In this document: positions 26,661 through 35,791 of the stretch, piece by piece
How the letters are laid out: each line of letters begins with the position of its first letter
How positions within the stretch are numbered: position 1 is the stretch's first letter
Sequence record: MF459647.1
Strand: one strand, 5' to 3'
DNA: 64,000 nt
Translations under genes and position numbers: made by a program
Notes under the pieces: model-generated
Databases searched by the model: none
Told to the model about the DNA's origin: nothing
What the model saw: only the letters and a program-made list of their open reading frames with translations

Positions 26661-29657
26661 TTAGCCGAACGGGTTGTCTTTATTGTCAGAAGGTTTGTTC
26701 GCATCTGAGTCGGTATCAGTTGCGTTGAGATCAAGGTCTTCAGGTTTAACCTCATCATCTTCTGTCTCTTTAGGAACTTCATCCGGATCAGTAACCTCAT
26801 CATCATCAACATTCAGTGCGGTGATATCGCCGGTTTCGTCAGCCCCTGGAGTAAACGGATTGTCATCCACTTCAGTGACTTCTTCGGTACCTGGTTCTGT
26901 CAGCGGAGTTTCTTCTTCCTCCTCCACACCAAAGGCTTTGTTGATTTTCTCACCCATGGTCTTGTACTTCTTATCCGCCTTGGCTTGATCCATCATGAAG
27001 AGCGACAGGAATTCTGCCACGTTACCACGCATGAAGCTCACCGAGTTGACCAGAGAAGCAATACCGCCGTTCTTACCTTCACCCACAATCTCGTCAAACG
27101 GCATCGGCAGGTTATAGCGTTTGAAGGCTTCCATGTAGAACACGGATTTAACAATCGCTTTAATCTCTTCTTCATTGTACAGTTCAGAATCGATACCCAT
27201 AACCGCCAACAGGTTCTTCATGATACCCAGGTGACCAGACATCTCTTCCCAACGTTCCACCAGGTCTTTCACAGCGTCCAGGCTGTCACGCAGCTTGTTG
27301 GTTGTTTCGGTACTGGTAGGGCGAGGGAACTCACAGTAGACGTTGTTAATGAAGTCCGTGAGAATAAGCTGAATCTTCTGTGCATCGTTAGAACCTGGAA
27401 TGTCTTCCCCTGAATCAGGTTTCCAGAGTTTCTTGTTATCGGCAATGGCTTTGATTAAGCGCATCATTAACGGTTGGTTAACTTCAGCATGCTTACGCTG
27501 GAAGTCAATCAAGCCTTCTGCAAACAACTCCTGCCAGTTCACAACCTGATTAAGAATCATCTGGTGTTCAGCCAGTGCCTCAATCTGGAAGTTGTTCTGG
27601 TCATCACTGACGTCCAACCAGGAACGTGGTAAGGAGAAGTAGTTTGCGATGTCGTTCATGACCTTCTGACGACTCTGGTCATCAACCGGTTTAAAGTTCC
27701 CTTTGTCCATCTGCGACATTTCAATTTCCGGTGCCGCGATGTTCGGGTTCTCACCTGGGTTGATTTTCACCGTCAGGGATTGTTCACGCAAAGCATCAAC
27801 AATCTGAGGAACAGACAACTGTGCTGTGGCCAGGATACCATGCAAACGCGGGTTAGCACGGAAATAGGTTTGGCGGGCCATGGCAATGTGAGACATCGGG
27901 TCAGTATCTTCTTTCTCGACGTTCACGGTCATTAAGGTATGCGGTTGTGCGCCCTCAATGTTAGCCAGGGCATCAGCCAAGTCATACGCTGCCAGACGAG
28001 CAATGTGCATTTTCGCCATCTGGGTCAGGGATTGACCAGTACCTAAACGGTTGTTGGTCTTGAATGTCATGTAGGTCATGCATTCACCCGGAACATAGAG
28101 ACAACGCACAGCCTGACGACGGAACATACGAGCCAGGAAGATTTTGTTGGTCTCTTCATCCAAGCTGACGCTGATGCTGTCGGCTTTACCTGAGATAGCC
28201 GCACCCAGGAAACGTTTGATGATGCTAGAGCGTGCCATGTCGGCAAATTCACTCATGTCAAAATCACACGCTTTCCCTTCTTGGACTTTACGCAAGCTGG
28301 AAATGAGATGGTTATCACTACCAATCTTGTTCTTGTCACCAATAGACCCACCTGATTTCGACGACTGGTAGTATTCGTAATCGTTGGTGTTCTTCAGGAA
28401 GTTCCCTTCATCGTCTAACAGTACGATGTAGTCCAGGCGCTCTGCACTGTTACCGTTGTAGTGAATAGGAATCACTGCTTCACTCGGTACATGCCAGGTA
28501 ATGCCTTGACCGTATGGGGCAACGCTCAACTGGTCCGGAGTTTTGATGTGCTGAACTTGTTGATAAGCCGGATTACGACGCGGGAAGATATCAGACTGCA
28601 ATGCTTCTTCCTGGGCCATGGACATGTTCTGGGTCGTGGCTTTTGGATTGGCAGGTTCGCCTTTCTTCGGAGCCTTCTCCTTCTTGTCCTTTTTATCCTT
28701 CTTATCTTTCTCGTCCTTGTTATCGTCCTCTTCGCCATCCTCGAGGTTGTCTTTACCACCCAGGGCGCTTTTGATTAAGGAGTCATACCCTTCGGCACCG
28801 GTAACCTCATTAATGTCACGCTGACGATTGCTTTCGCTAATCTTCTGCAAGAACAGTACCGCTGGGTTATCCGTGATGGTGATCATGTCAAAGACTTTCT
28901 GATCATCAGCATTTTCAAACTGGAACAGCGGGAACTCTTCTTCATTAATAGTCACACCGCGAGAGAACAAACTCTCAATCCCTGTTACCGTTTGAGTGGT
29001 AGCTTTCGGGTTACGGATGTATTTACCCAGGTTACGAACCAGGTAACGGTTATCCTTCTTAACGAAGTGTTTACCGATTTCTGTCTGAAGGTTTGACATG
29101 AAATCTTCGTTACCGGCAACCGTCTTCATCTGGCTACCGTTAATCAAGTAATCCAGCGTCGGACGCGAAAGGTTAAGCAAAGCGTAACTTCCCGTATTCC
29201 ACAGGATGTCGTTAAGCATTTTCCTTAACTGGCGCTCGATTTTATAGTCGTTGGTGAAATAACCATCCCAGATTTTGAGCAATTCTGAGTGAAGTTTATC
29301 GTTACGCAATTGGCTGTTTTGCGTGTTGTACGTTAGGATTTTGTCCTGCTGGCCATTTGGGTACAACATCAGCGTAGACCAGATAATCTCTGCTTTATCA
29401 ATGTACGGGGTAATTTGACGCAGGTCAGTCACGGCATTGATATTGTTTGAAATGATGTTACTCAGTCTTTCTAATTTTTGAGTATTAATGACATTATCAG
29501 GATTGAGCTCATTTCGTTCTGGACTGGTGCCGTTCTTAGGGACGGCATTACGCAAAGTGTTTGCAACCATCGGATTAACGTTGCTTAATTGACCACGAAG
29601 CTTGGTAAAATCAACTTCTTGATTTCCCTTAGTGGTGGCCCTCGAAAATCTTGACAT
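26661..29657 (-). CDS. Putative portal protein (phiKZ gp129 / SPN3US gp81-like)
   Basis: 998 aa with GAGG RBS, divergent from a baseplate gene as in the family gene order. G-x-E motifs and a long acidic C-terminal tail. Confidence 0.65.
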   Translation of the reverse strand: MSRFSRATTKGNQEVDFTKLRGQLSNVNPMVANTLRNAVPKNGTSPERNELNPDNVINTQKLERLSNIISNNINAVTDLRQITPYIDKAEIIWSTLMLYPNGQQDKILTYNTQNSQLRNDKLHSELLKIWDGYFTNDYKIERQLRKMLNDILWNTGSYALLNLSRPTLDYLINGSQMKTVAGNEDFMSNLQTEIGKHFVKKDNRYLVRNLGKYIRNPKATTQTVTGIESLFSRGVTINEEEFPLFQFENADDQKVFDMITITDNPAVLFLQKISESNRQRDINEVTGAEGYDSLIKSALGGKDNLEDGEEDDNKDEKDKKDKKDKKEKAPKKGEPANPKATTQNMSMAQEEALQSDIFPRRNPAYQQVQHIKTPDQLSVAPYGQGITWHVPSEAVIPIHYNGNSAERLDYIVLLDDEGNFLKNTNDYEYYQSSKSGGSIGDKNKIGSDNHLISSLRKVQEGKACDFDMSEFADMARSSIIKRFLGAAISGKADSISVSLDEETNKIFLARMFRRQAVRCLYVPGECMTYMTFKTNNRLGTGQSLTQMAKMHIARLAAYDLADALANIEGAQPHTLMTVNVEKEDTDPMSHIAMARQTYFRANPRLHGILATAQLSVPQIVDALREQSLTVKINPGENPNIAAPEIEMSQMDKGNFKPVDDQSRQKVMNDIANYFSLPRSWLDVSDDQNNFQIEALAEHQMILNQVVNWQELFAEGLIDFQRKHAEVNQPLMMRLIKAIADNKKLWKPDSGEDIPGSNDAQKIQLILTDFINNVYCEFPRPTSTETTNKLRDSLDAVKDLVERWEEMSGHLGIMKNLLAVMGIDSELYNEEEIKAIVKSVFYMEAFKRYNLPMPFDEIVGEGKNGGIASLVNSVSFMRGNVAEFLSLFMMDQAKADKKYKTMGEKINKAFGVEEEEETPLTEPGTEEVTEVDDNPFTPGADETGDITALNVDDDEVTDPDEVPKETEDDEVKPEDLDLNATDTDSDANKPSDNKDNPFG

Positions 29658-29677
29658 GTTAACCTCGTGAGAATAGC

Positions 29678-31972
29678 ATGGAAAATATTGAATTAAATGC
29701 CTATATAGCGAATGTGTTTCGTTTGGCGCGCACGATGGTCATTAAGATTGAGGCCATAGCTAAACGCGATAACAAACTGCTAAAAGCCGCCGGGTACGAG
29801 GTTCTCAATGATAAACGCACGTGGCGTTATTACATGAACCTTAACGGCGAGTATCATCCCACTGATGACCAAATGAAGGTAGTCAGTATTGATACCGGCG
29901 AAGAAATTGTCTTTAATAAAGCCAATTTAGAAATCCACATGGCGACGTACCGAGAGTATTCGCTGGGTGGTTATTGGTTTAACCGACTCACTGAGCGGTA
30001 TCCCCACCAAACTGATTTGATTAAAGGCATTCTGTCCCCTATCCCCTATGAGGAGACGATAGCGGCAGACGACTATAAGATTCTGCGTTACAACAGCACC
30101 TTGGTGTCCTGGAACGAAGATCAGTTGATTCCTGCCCTGCAGCGCTGGATTGACAGCGAGGTAGCGCAGACCTTTAAGAACGATTACATGATTACGGATA
30201 ACCTGATGTTACCAACTATGGTAATGAACCTCTATGCAGGGGTGATTCAGGCTATTCACACTATTCGCTTTGAAGCCATTGGCACCCGTTATGCTCACGA
30301 GTTCTATATTTGGAGTCACATCGATTCGTTCGGTAACTTCTCCAAGTACAAGGGTTCGTTGAATGCATTCCAAACCATGTGGCTTTACCGTAACATTGGT
30401 TGGATACAAAACAACGCCGGCCGGAAGTACACGTTCGATAAGCTGTTGCAAAACCTGTTAACCGAACGCAGTATCCCGTTGGCCAAGTATGACATGGTGC
30501 TCAACACCGCACAGCAGATTAAGGATGTCTCTCCTGATCCGCAGTACCGTCATCTGTATCTCAACCTGCACGACGATTACGGCTCAACCCCAACGTACAT
30601 TACCACCGAGCAGCTTCTTGAAAAGGAACGTGGACTGGCCCGTGACAACGGCGACTTCATGGATACCTATTATGAAGACGCGGTAGATAAAGGCAAGTTC
30701 AGTCTCTACTCTGAGCTTCCGACCAAAGTGTTAGAATCGGCCATGCGGGACTTTACCAACCGTCACGCAGATACCTTGATGACCGTGGTGTATAACCACT
30801 GGGTGTACCTGGCTGGTAACAATATCTTTAATGCGACCATTCTGCTCACGGACCCCAAGACCAGTAAACAGTATCGTGTATCCTCTGCTGAAGCTTATCA
30901 ATTATGGAACTACATGATTGCCAAAGCCAAAGGCAAGGAATTGGTTGAAGTGCCGCTGGTGTATTACCACCGCGTGGCCAAGCTCAACATTCCGTCACAG
31001 GATTTACTGTTGTCATTGGGAAGCGATCGGTACCTGGACAAAAAGCTGGTCAATGATATTCGACGGCTGGGTGTAACTTATAGTCGTATCGTGTCTTCCG
31101 AAGCGTTACTGAATATCTCGAAAGAGGTGTACTGGAAGATGTGGGAACACAAGAAACTGTATTCCCAGTTCTACGACTTGAACAAACGTGCGCGTGTTAA
31201 GAATGCTTGTGACACGATGTACGAAAGCGGTTACATCAAACTAACGAATTATACCAGTTACCGCACGCTGATGGAAAAGTATGAGCTGGACTTCTCCGAG
31301 TACAGTGAAGAAGAGCTGCGTAACTTTGCCTGGGATATCTTCCAACGGGTAACAGGCTGGGATTTAAACTCGAACCCGTCCTTGCGTTTGATTCAAAGCG
31401 ACCTGATTGACTTAATGATGGACTTGTCCTCATACACCATTCAGATTGTGAAGACCATGGACGATGGGGCTGAGGTTATTGAACTCCCTAACGAACCGTT
31501 TATCGGAGACAGTCTTGGGGTGGGGTTAGGGAATAACTTGACACCTGATTTCTCGGGATGCATCTTAAACCCAGTGGCGGCTATCTTGCCACGTAACACC
31601 CTGACCGCTGAAATGGTGTTACAGGATAAAACTGTACCCAAGATAGCGATGTCCTCAAAGGGTCACATTGTTCTTGAACCAGAACAGCCGTTGAAACGGG
31701 TTGACACCGGAACTGATGTCAGTGAAGCGATTCGTCTCTTTACTCCGACATACATAACCCTGTTGCCTGATGAACATCCGCTGCCGGATCCGAATGCATT
31801 CCATATTCCGGACACCGACTACGGTTCCCTGTTCACCAACGGAACTAACCCTATCCCTGGCGACACCTCAGTGCTGAGAACCAAAGACCTGGGTGACATT
31901 ACCAGCAAACAAACTCCATCGGAAATTGTTTTGAGTTCAGCTAACTTAGGGACTCTGCCTTCAACTGACTAG
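29678..31972 (+). CDS. Baseplate/virion structural protein (phiKZ gp128-like)
   Basis: 764 aa. KRTWRYYMNLNGEYHPTD and EFYIWSHIDS motifs recalled from this jumbo-phage family. Synteny. Confidence 0.6.
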   Translation: MENIELNAYIANVFRLARTMVIKIEAIAKRDNKLLKAAGYEVLNDKRTWRYYMNLNGEYHPTDDQMKVVSIDTGEEIVFNKANLEIHMATYREYSLGGYWFNRLTERYPHQTDLIKGILSPIPYEETIAADDYKILRYNSTLVSWNEDQLIPALQRWIDSEVAQTFKNDYMITDNLMLPTMVMNLYAGVIQAIHTIRFEAIGTRYAHEFYIWSHIDSFGNFSKYKGSLNAFQTMWLYRNIGWIQNNAGRKYTFDKLLQNLLTERSIPLAKYDMVLNTAQQIKDVSPDPQYRHLYLNLHDDYGSTPTYITTEQLLEKERGLARDNGDFMDTYYEDAVDKGKFSLYSELPTKVLESAMRDFTNRHADTLMTVVYNHWVYLAGNNIFNATILLTDPKTSKQYRVSSAEAYQLWNYMIAKAKGKELVEVPLVYYHRVAKLNIPSQDLLLSLGSDRYLDKKLVNDIRRLGVTYSRIVSSEALLNISKEVYWKMWEHKKLYSQFYDLNKRARVKNACDTMYESGYIKLTNYTSYRTLMEKYELDFSEYSEEELRNFAWDIFQRVTGWDLNSNPSLRLIQSDLIDLMMDLSSYTIQIVKTMDDGAEVIELPNEPFIGDSLGVGLGNNLTPDFSGCILNPVAAILPRNTLTAEMVLQDKTVPKIAMSSKGHIVLEPEQPLKRVDTGTDVSEAIRLFTPTYITLLPDEHPLPDPNAFHIPDTDYGSLFTNGTNPIPGDTSVLRTKDLGDITSKQTPSEIVLSSANLGTLPSTD

Positions 31973-31987
31973 CATTTATATACAGGA

Positions 31988-32407
31988 ATGACGATGAACG
32001 GGAACTACATTTCTTTAGATGTTGCAAAGGAAGAATATTGCATGCATCATCAATTGGTTGATCGCCGTGAGATTGACCAAGTTTCTTTACGGTGTATTGG
32101 ACGTAACGAAAACCATGAGTATGTCTTTTCCGTGAAGTCACCTTTTAAAGGCCGGTTAGTAGACAGCATCTGGAATTTAGAACGACACGACGGTACACGA
32201 GTAATGGGACTGCAAGAGCTTACGCTGCCACGCAGTGAACGTCAGCCCACGAAGCATGCTGTGTGTTATCGCTTCCGTCAGGTCACCGGGTTACCCATGC
32301 AGGAAAGCGACATTGGGAAACTGGTAATAAAGGAAGACACCATTGAAGTCATCTTCCACCCGGATTCTATGACCTTTAAAAATTACTTAACCATTAAACG
32401 TATTTAA
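31988..32407 (+). CDS. Hypothetical protein
   Basis: 139-aa ORF in the operon (alternative ATG at 31994). Confidence 0.65.
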   Translation: MTMNGNYISLDVAKEEYCMHHQLVDRREIDQVSLRCIGRNENHEYVFSVKSPFKGRLVDSIWNLERHDGTRVMGLQELTLPRSERQPTKHAVCYRFRQVTGLPMQESDIGKLVIKEDTIEVIFHPDSMTFKNYLTIKRI

Positions 32408-32418
32408 GGAGATGTGTC

Positions 32419-33366
32419 GTGGCCTTATCGACAAGTCAACAACAAGACCAGGACCGTTCGGAAATCCCTACACAGACCACCACCAATACTCTGTTAGGTA
32501 ACCTCATTAATAAAGCGTGCGTCACCAATCAGAAGATTGATATACCGGAGTTCACCACGTTGAACGAAGTGTATAAGGTGCGTGCGTCTGAATCGATCGG
32601 GGAAAAGAACGGTCGTGATTTCGAACTGAAATACTTCACGCTCGGCGTGCGTGGTTCTGACACCATCGGTAAAGATGCCAATGGGGTAGACATCCGTCGG
32701 GTTCTGCAACACCAACCTATCGATGGCAACGTATTCGTTCCTATCCCGCTGTGTGTGCGTCCGGTCTCTAACGACCTGGATAACTTGAAGCGTGCTAAGC
32801 TGCGCTGCCGTGAAGTGCGTACCATCAACGGCGTACAGTATGCGATCTACTGGGCCGGTCTGATTAAGTTCGACCGCTACGATCCGCAGCTGCTGAAAAT
32901 CTACAAAGACCCGGTGTCCGGGGCAGAAGATGTGAAGAAATACATCCCAAGCTCTGATAACCTGCGTCCGGTACCGGTTGAGCTGACCAGCTCTAACACA
33001 GTCCCTATCAGCAACACCTACGTGAACGGTTCGGCTATTCTCAACTGCACGCTGTCTGCTGACGAAATCGAAGAGGTGAAAAACGCCTGCCGTATCGTGT
33101 ACAACGATGCCGGTTATGCTGCACCTAACGAAATCGCCGTGGCTTACGGGATTGACAGCACCACCGACGGTGATATCGGCGGCGGTAAGTTCATTCGCTA
33201 TACCGAAGCCCTGAGCCTGGTTATCGGTCACTTCATTACTGAACGTTCGGCCCGTGAAGCAAACAACAACCGTGAAATCAGCCTGGTGTTTGACCACGGT
33301 GCATCTGAACCGATGCTGCTGCACACGGTTGCGTCTACCACTGCTAATGCGAGCACGAACCCATGA
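32419..33366 (+). CDS. Virion structural protein (baseplate block)
   Basis: AAGGAG RBS with GTG start. High-expression codon bias. Conserved-looking motifs HQPIDG...PIPL..RP...DL and EIAVAYG. Confidence 0.6.
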   Translation: MALSTSQQQDQDRSEIPTQTTTNTLLGNLINKACVTNQKIDIPEFTTLNEVYKVRASESIGEKNGRDFELKYFTLGVRGSDTIGKDANGVDIRRVLQHQPIDGNVFVPIPLCVRPVSNDLDNLKRAKLRCREVRTINGVQYAIYWAGLIKFDRYDPQLLKIYKDPVSGAEDVKKYIPSSDNLRPVPVELTSSNTVPISNTYVNGSAILNCTLSADEIEEVKNACRIVYNDAGYAAPNEIAVAYGIDSTTDGDIGGGKFIRYTEALSLVIGHFITERSAREANNNREISLVFDHGASEPMLLHTVASTTANASTNP

Positions 33367-34025
33367 CAGAAAAATCAGTGAATCCTTTTTCAGGGTTATC
33401 TGACAATCTGCATGTGCCGTTAACCATTGGCATGTCCATGGAAGACGCGGTGAAAATCTTTAGCGCGTTTTATCTCGTGAAGGTAGATACCTCGCGCTTT
33501 AAATCATCGCAGGCATTTGTCAGTTCGTCTGGGTACATCACCCTGGAACTGCTTGATAAAACCTCAGGGGAAGTGGTGTACACGTTTGTTAACCGCATGC
33601 AGGTTATCAAAGACGAGACGCCAGTTCCTGTTCATAATCCGGCCTTTGAATTTACTAATCCACTTGAGCTCTCGACGCCAGACGTAAACTGGTTGACAGG
33701 TCCGGTGACCATTACCCATCTGCAAGAGATGGATTTTCTAAAGGACGCACTCGTAAATCAACCACAGGCTATTGGCAATTTAACCAACCCATTGCCATTC
33801 CAGCTCTCGACCCTGTTAAACAACTACGGGGTTGTAGGCCGTTGGGTAAGTGGTACGTTGGGCGAACTTTGCACAGGTGGTTTCACCTTGCTCTATTACG
33901 GAGCAGGCAAAGATGCACCCCCAGAGTACCTGGTTGGGGAGACGGTCGACACTGTGGTCCTGATTGCGATTAATCAGGGTAGTCGACAAGGTGTCTTATG
34001 TTTACAATACCTCAAGGCTCGGTAG
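33363..34025 (+). CDS. Hypothetical, probably virion-associated
   Basis: ATGA overlap. C-terminal GFTLLYYG...G.LCLQY pattern. Confidence 0.6.
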   Translation: MTEKSVNPFSGLSDNLHVPLTIGMSMEDAVKIFSAFYLVKVDTSRFKSSQAFVSSSGYITLELLDKTSGEVVYTFVNRMQVIKDETPVPVHNPAFEFTNPLELSTPDVNWLTGPVTITHLQEMDFLKDALVNQPQAIGNLTNPLPFQLSTLLNNYGVVGRWVSGTLGELCTGGFTLLYYGAGKDAPPEYLVGETVDTVVLIAINQGSRQGVLCLQYLKAR

Positions 34026-34624
34026 CGCCAAAAGGAGAAGGGGTTGTCCGGGTAATTGGGACGGACCCCTCTACTACCAACATGGGTGTGACGGTCATTG
34101 ACATCAACGTCATGAAGCGTGAGAAGTTTACCTTACGCTACGTCAACACCATTTTCGGGGACAAGGTTCTGCACAGTATTCCGATGCAGTTTAACGACTT
34201 AGCGGATACTGGCGTATTAGCACGCAGCTACGGGCTCTCACGAGCCTTTAGAGAGCTTGTAGAACTGTATGAACCTGACACTGGCATCTGTGAAGATAAC
34301 TTCTTAGGTGTCTCTGCAGGGACCTTTAAACAGCTGATACAAGCTGTATCACTTTACCGAGAAGCCGCGAACGGGCCTAACTTCCCTATCCACTTCTCGT
34401 ACGTGTTGCCTAACCTCGCCAAAGCCATTGTCGGGGCTAACTTCCGGGGCACCAAAAAGGAAGACGTTATTGAAGGGATTCAAAAGTACGATTGGCTTGA
34501 TGTCGGTGAGTGGGACTTGACGAAACTCGATGAGCACTCTGCGGACTCAATGGCCATCACGTTATATCGTTGCGAACAAATTGCAATGCATTTTGGGGTT
34601 TTTAAAGATGACACAGCAAAGTAA
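33998..34624 (+). CDS. ruvC: RuvC-like Holliday junction resolvase
   Basis: VIGTDPSTTNMG (Asp), ICEDNF (Glu), K...G...TKKEDV and DEHSADSMAI give the RuvC acidic catalytic set. Confidence 0.85.
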   Translation: MFTIPQGSVAPKGEGVVRVIGTDPSTTNMGVTVIDINVMKREKFTLRYVNTIFGDKVLHSIPMQFNDLADTGVLARSYGLSRAFRELVELYEPDTGICEDNFLGVSAGTFKQLIQAVSLYREAANGPNFPIHFSYVLPNLAKAIVGANFRGTKKEDVIEGIQKYDWLDVGEWDLTKLDEHSADSMAITLYRCEQIAMHFGVFKDDTAK

Positions 34625-35003
34625 TGGGAACGAGGGGAACACCTCACCTGTTACTGAGGAATCAGATGTGTTAAATCATGACCAGGGATTGGAGCGTAAC
34701 CTATTTGGGAAATGGACCATCCGGTTACGCAATTTGGGTGGGATTGTCGCCACTATTACAGTGTGCGCCATGGCAGTGCTGAACGGTTATACAACTCATG
34801 TGTCTGTGAGCTCGAAAATCGGGTGGCCTAGTGAACTCACGATGTTTATCATGAACATCGGTCCGATTGTGGTGGCGTTTACGTTCATGAACGCGAACAA
34901 AACCATCTCGACCATCATGCAGTTTAAGTCTGTGGCTGAGAAGCTGCGTACGAAGGCAGCAGACGTGATTCGACCTACCAAAGATGATGCACCACCTCAG
35001 TAG
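34608..35003 (+). CDS. Holin candidate (two transmembrane segments)
   Basis: 131 aa from ATG 34608. Hydrophobic segments LGGIVATITVCAMAVLNGY and LTMFIMNIGPIVVAFTFM. Charged C-tail. Adjacent to the spanin genes. Confidence 0.45.
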   Translation: MTQQSNGNEGNTSPVTEESDVLNHDQGLERNLFGKWTIRLRNLGGIVATITVCAMAVLNGYTTHVSVSSKIGWPSELTMFIMNIGPIVVAFTFMNANKTISTIMQFKSVAEKLRTKAADVIRPTKDDAPPQ

Positions 35004-35018
35004 CAAAAAAAAGCATAA

Positions 35019-35054
35019 TAATACGCTCTGGAGGGTTTCCTCCAGAGCGTATTA
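35019..35054. terminator. Bidirectional terminator, 16-bp stem
   Basis: TAATACGCTCTGGAGG-GTTT-CCTCCAGAGCGTATTA between convergent genes, with an A-run on the left. Confidence 0.85.
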
Positions 35055-35070
35055 GTTTATGGTGTTACAT

Positions 35071-35511
35071 TTATTTTAAGTCACCAATGCCTTGTACTAC
35101 AGCATCAATATTGTCGATTAACCCATTGATAGTGACTTGTCCGGCGTAGATTTTATCGTTTGCCTCGTCCAGCATCTTGGATGTACCAATCAATCTTAGT
35201 CGGGTCAAATGATAACAATACTTGAAGTCCTCCGCCGTCATGCAATCGTTCTCCAAAAGAAACTTCGCCAACTCGGGCGACAAGCGCGTCGGTGCGACAG
35301 GATTGGGGTTCTTAAGAGGAGGGATTACCTGAGTTAATCCTTCTTTGGCATGCAGCAAGCTGTCGCGATAACTATTTATCTTTACTTGCTGCGCCTGCGC
35401 CAGTAGGTACGTGTCGGCTTCCTTCATTGACGGTCTGTCGCTGCACGCCGACAGCAGCATCGCCAACAGTAGCGTTACCGTTGTACTTACCATATTTCTG
35501 TTCAAGAGCAT
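35071..35511 (-). CDS. o-spanin (Rz1-like outer-membrane lipoprotein)
   Basis: GGGAG RBS before ATG 35511. Signal MLLNRNMVSTTVTLLLAMLLSA-C with lipobox. Pro-rich segment. Starts inside the i-spanin gene in the +1 frame. Confidence 0.8.
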   Translation of the reverse strand: MLLNRNMVSTTVTLLLAMLLSACSDRPSMKEADTYLLAQAQQVKINSYRDSLLHAKEGLTQVIPPLKNPNPVAPTRLSPELAKFLLENDCMTAEDFKYCYHLTRLRLIGTSKMLDEANDKIYAGQVTINGLIDNIDAVVQGIGDLK

Positions 35512-35788
35512 CGTAATCTTTCTCCCGACTGTCTTTCCGATCACTGAGTTGCTGTTCCAGGAGGGTGTTACGTTTCTCCTGGGCCAAACTTGCACGTTCG
35601 ATGTTGTTACCTACACGCTCCATTTGATTGGCTACGTTTTGGAGCGTATCCAACGTCTTCTCACTGACCGAACTCTGTTTCGGGAACATCCAGCTAAGCA
35701 GCACGATACACAATATGATCATGAGCAGAACCAGTGTAGTGACCCCTCTGAGTTTGTCAGAGAATAATGCGTCCTTGAATTCAGACAT
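35372..35788 (-). CDS. i-spanin (Rz-like inner-membrane protein)
   Basis: Single N-terminal TM helix (VTTLVLLMIILCIVLLSWMF) followed by a coiled coil. Overlaps the lipoprotein gene. Confidence 0.8.
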   Translation of the reverse strand: MSEFKDALFSDKLRGVTTLVLLMIILCIVLLSWMFPKQSSVSEKTLDTLQNVANQMERVGNNIERASLAQEKRNTLLEQQLSDRKDSREKDYDALEQKYGKYNGNATVGDAAVGVQRQTVNEGSRHVPTGAGAASKDK

Positions 35789-35791
35789 AAG

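Noticed and set aside
28660-28745. Short tandem-like repeats (KDK codons)
   Set aside because: Imperfect protein-level low complexity. Not a CRISPR or a DNA repeat array.
32494-33324. 276-aa antisense ORF
   Set aside because: In-register shadow of 32419..33366.
26222-34700. G-x-E motifs in the Gly-zipper protein and the holin candidate as protease sites
   Set aside because: Isolated tripeptides without the paired propeptide context are expected by chance. Not counted as evidence of head localisation.
35512-35595. Longer 174-aa start for the o-spanin in the ORF track
   Set aside because: It would place the lipobox too far from the N-terminus. ATG 35511 has a GGGAG RBS and gives a normal 22-aa signal.
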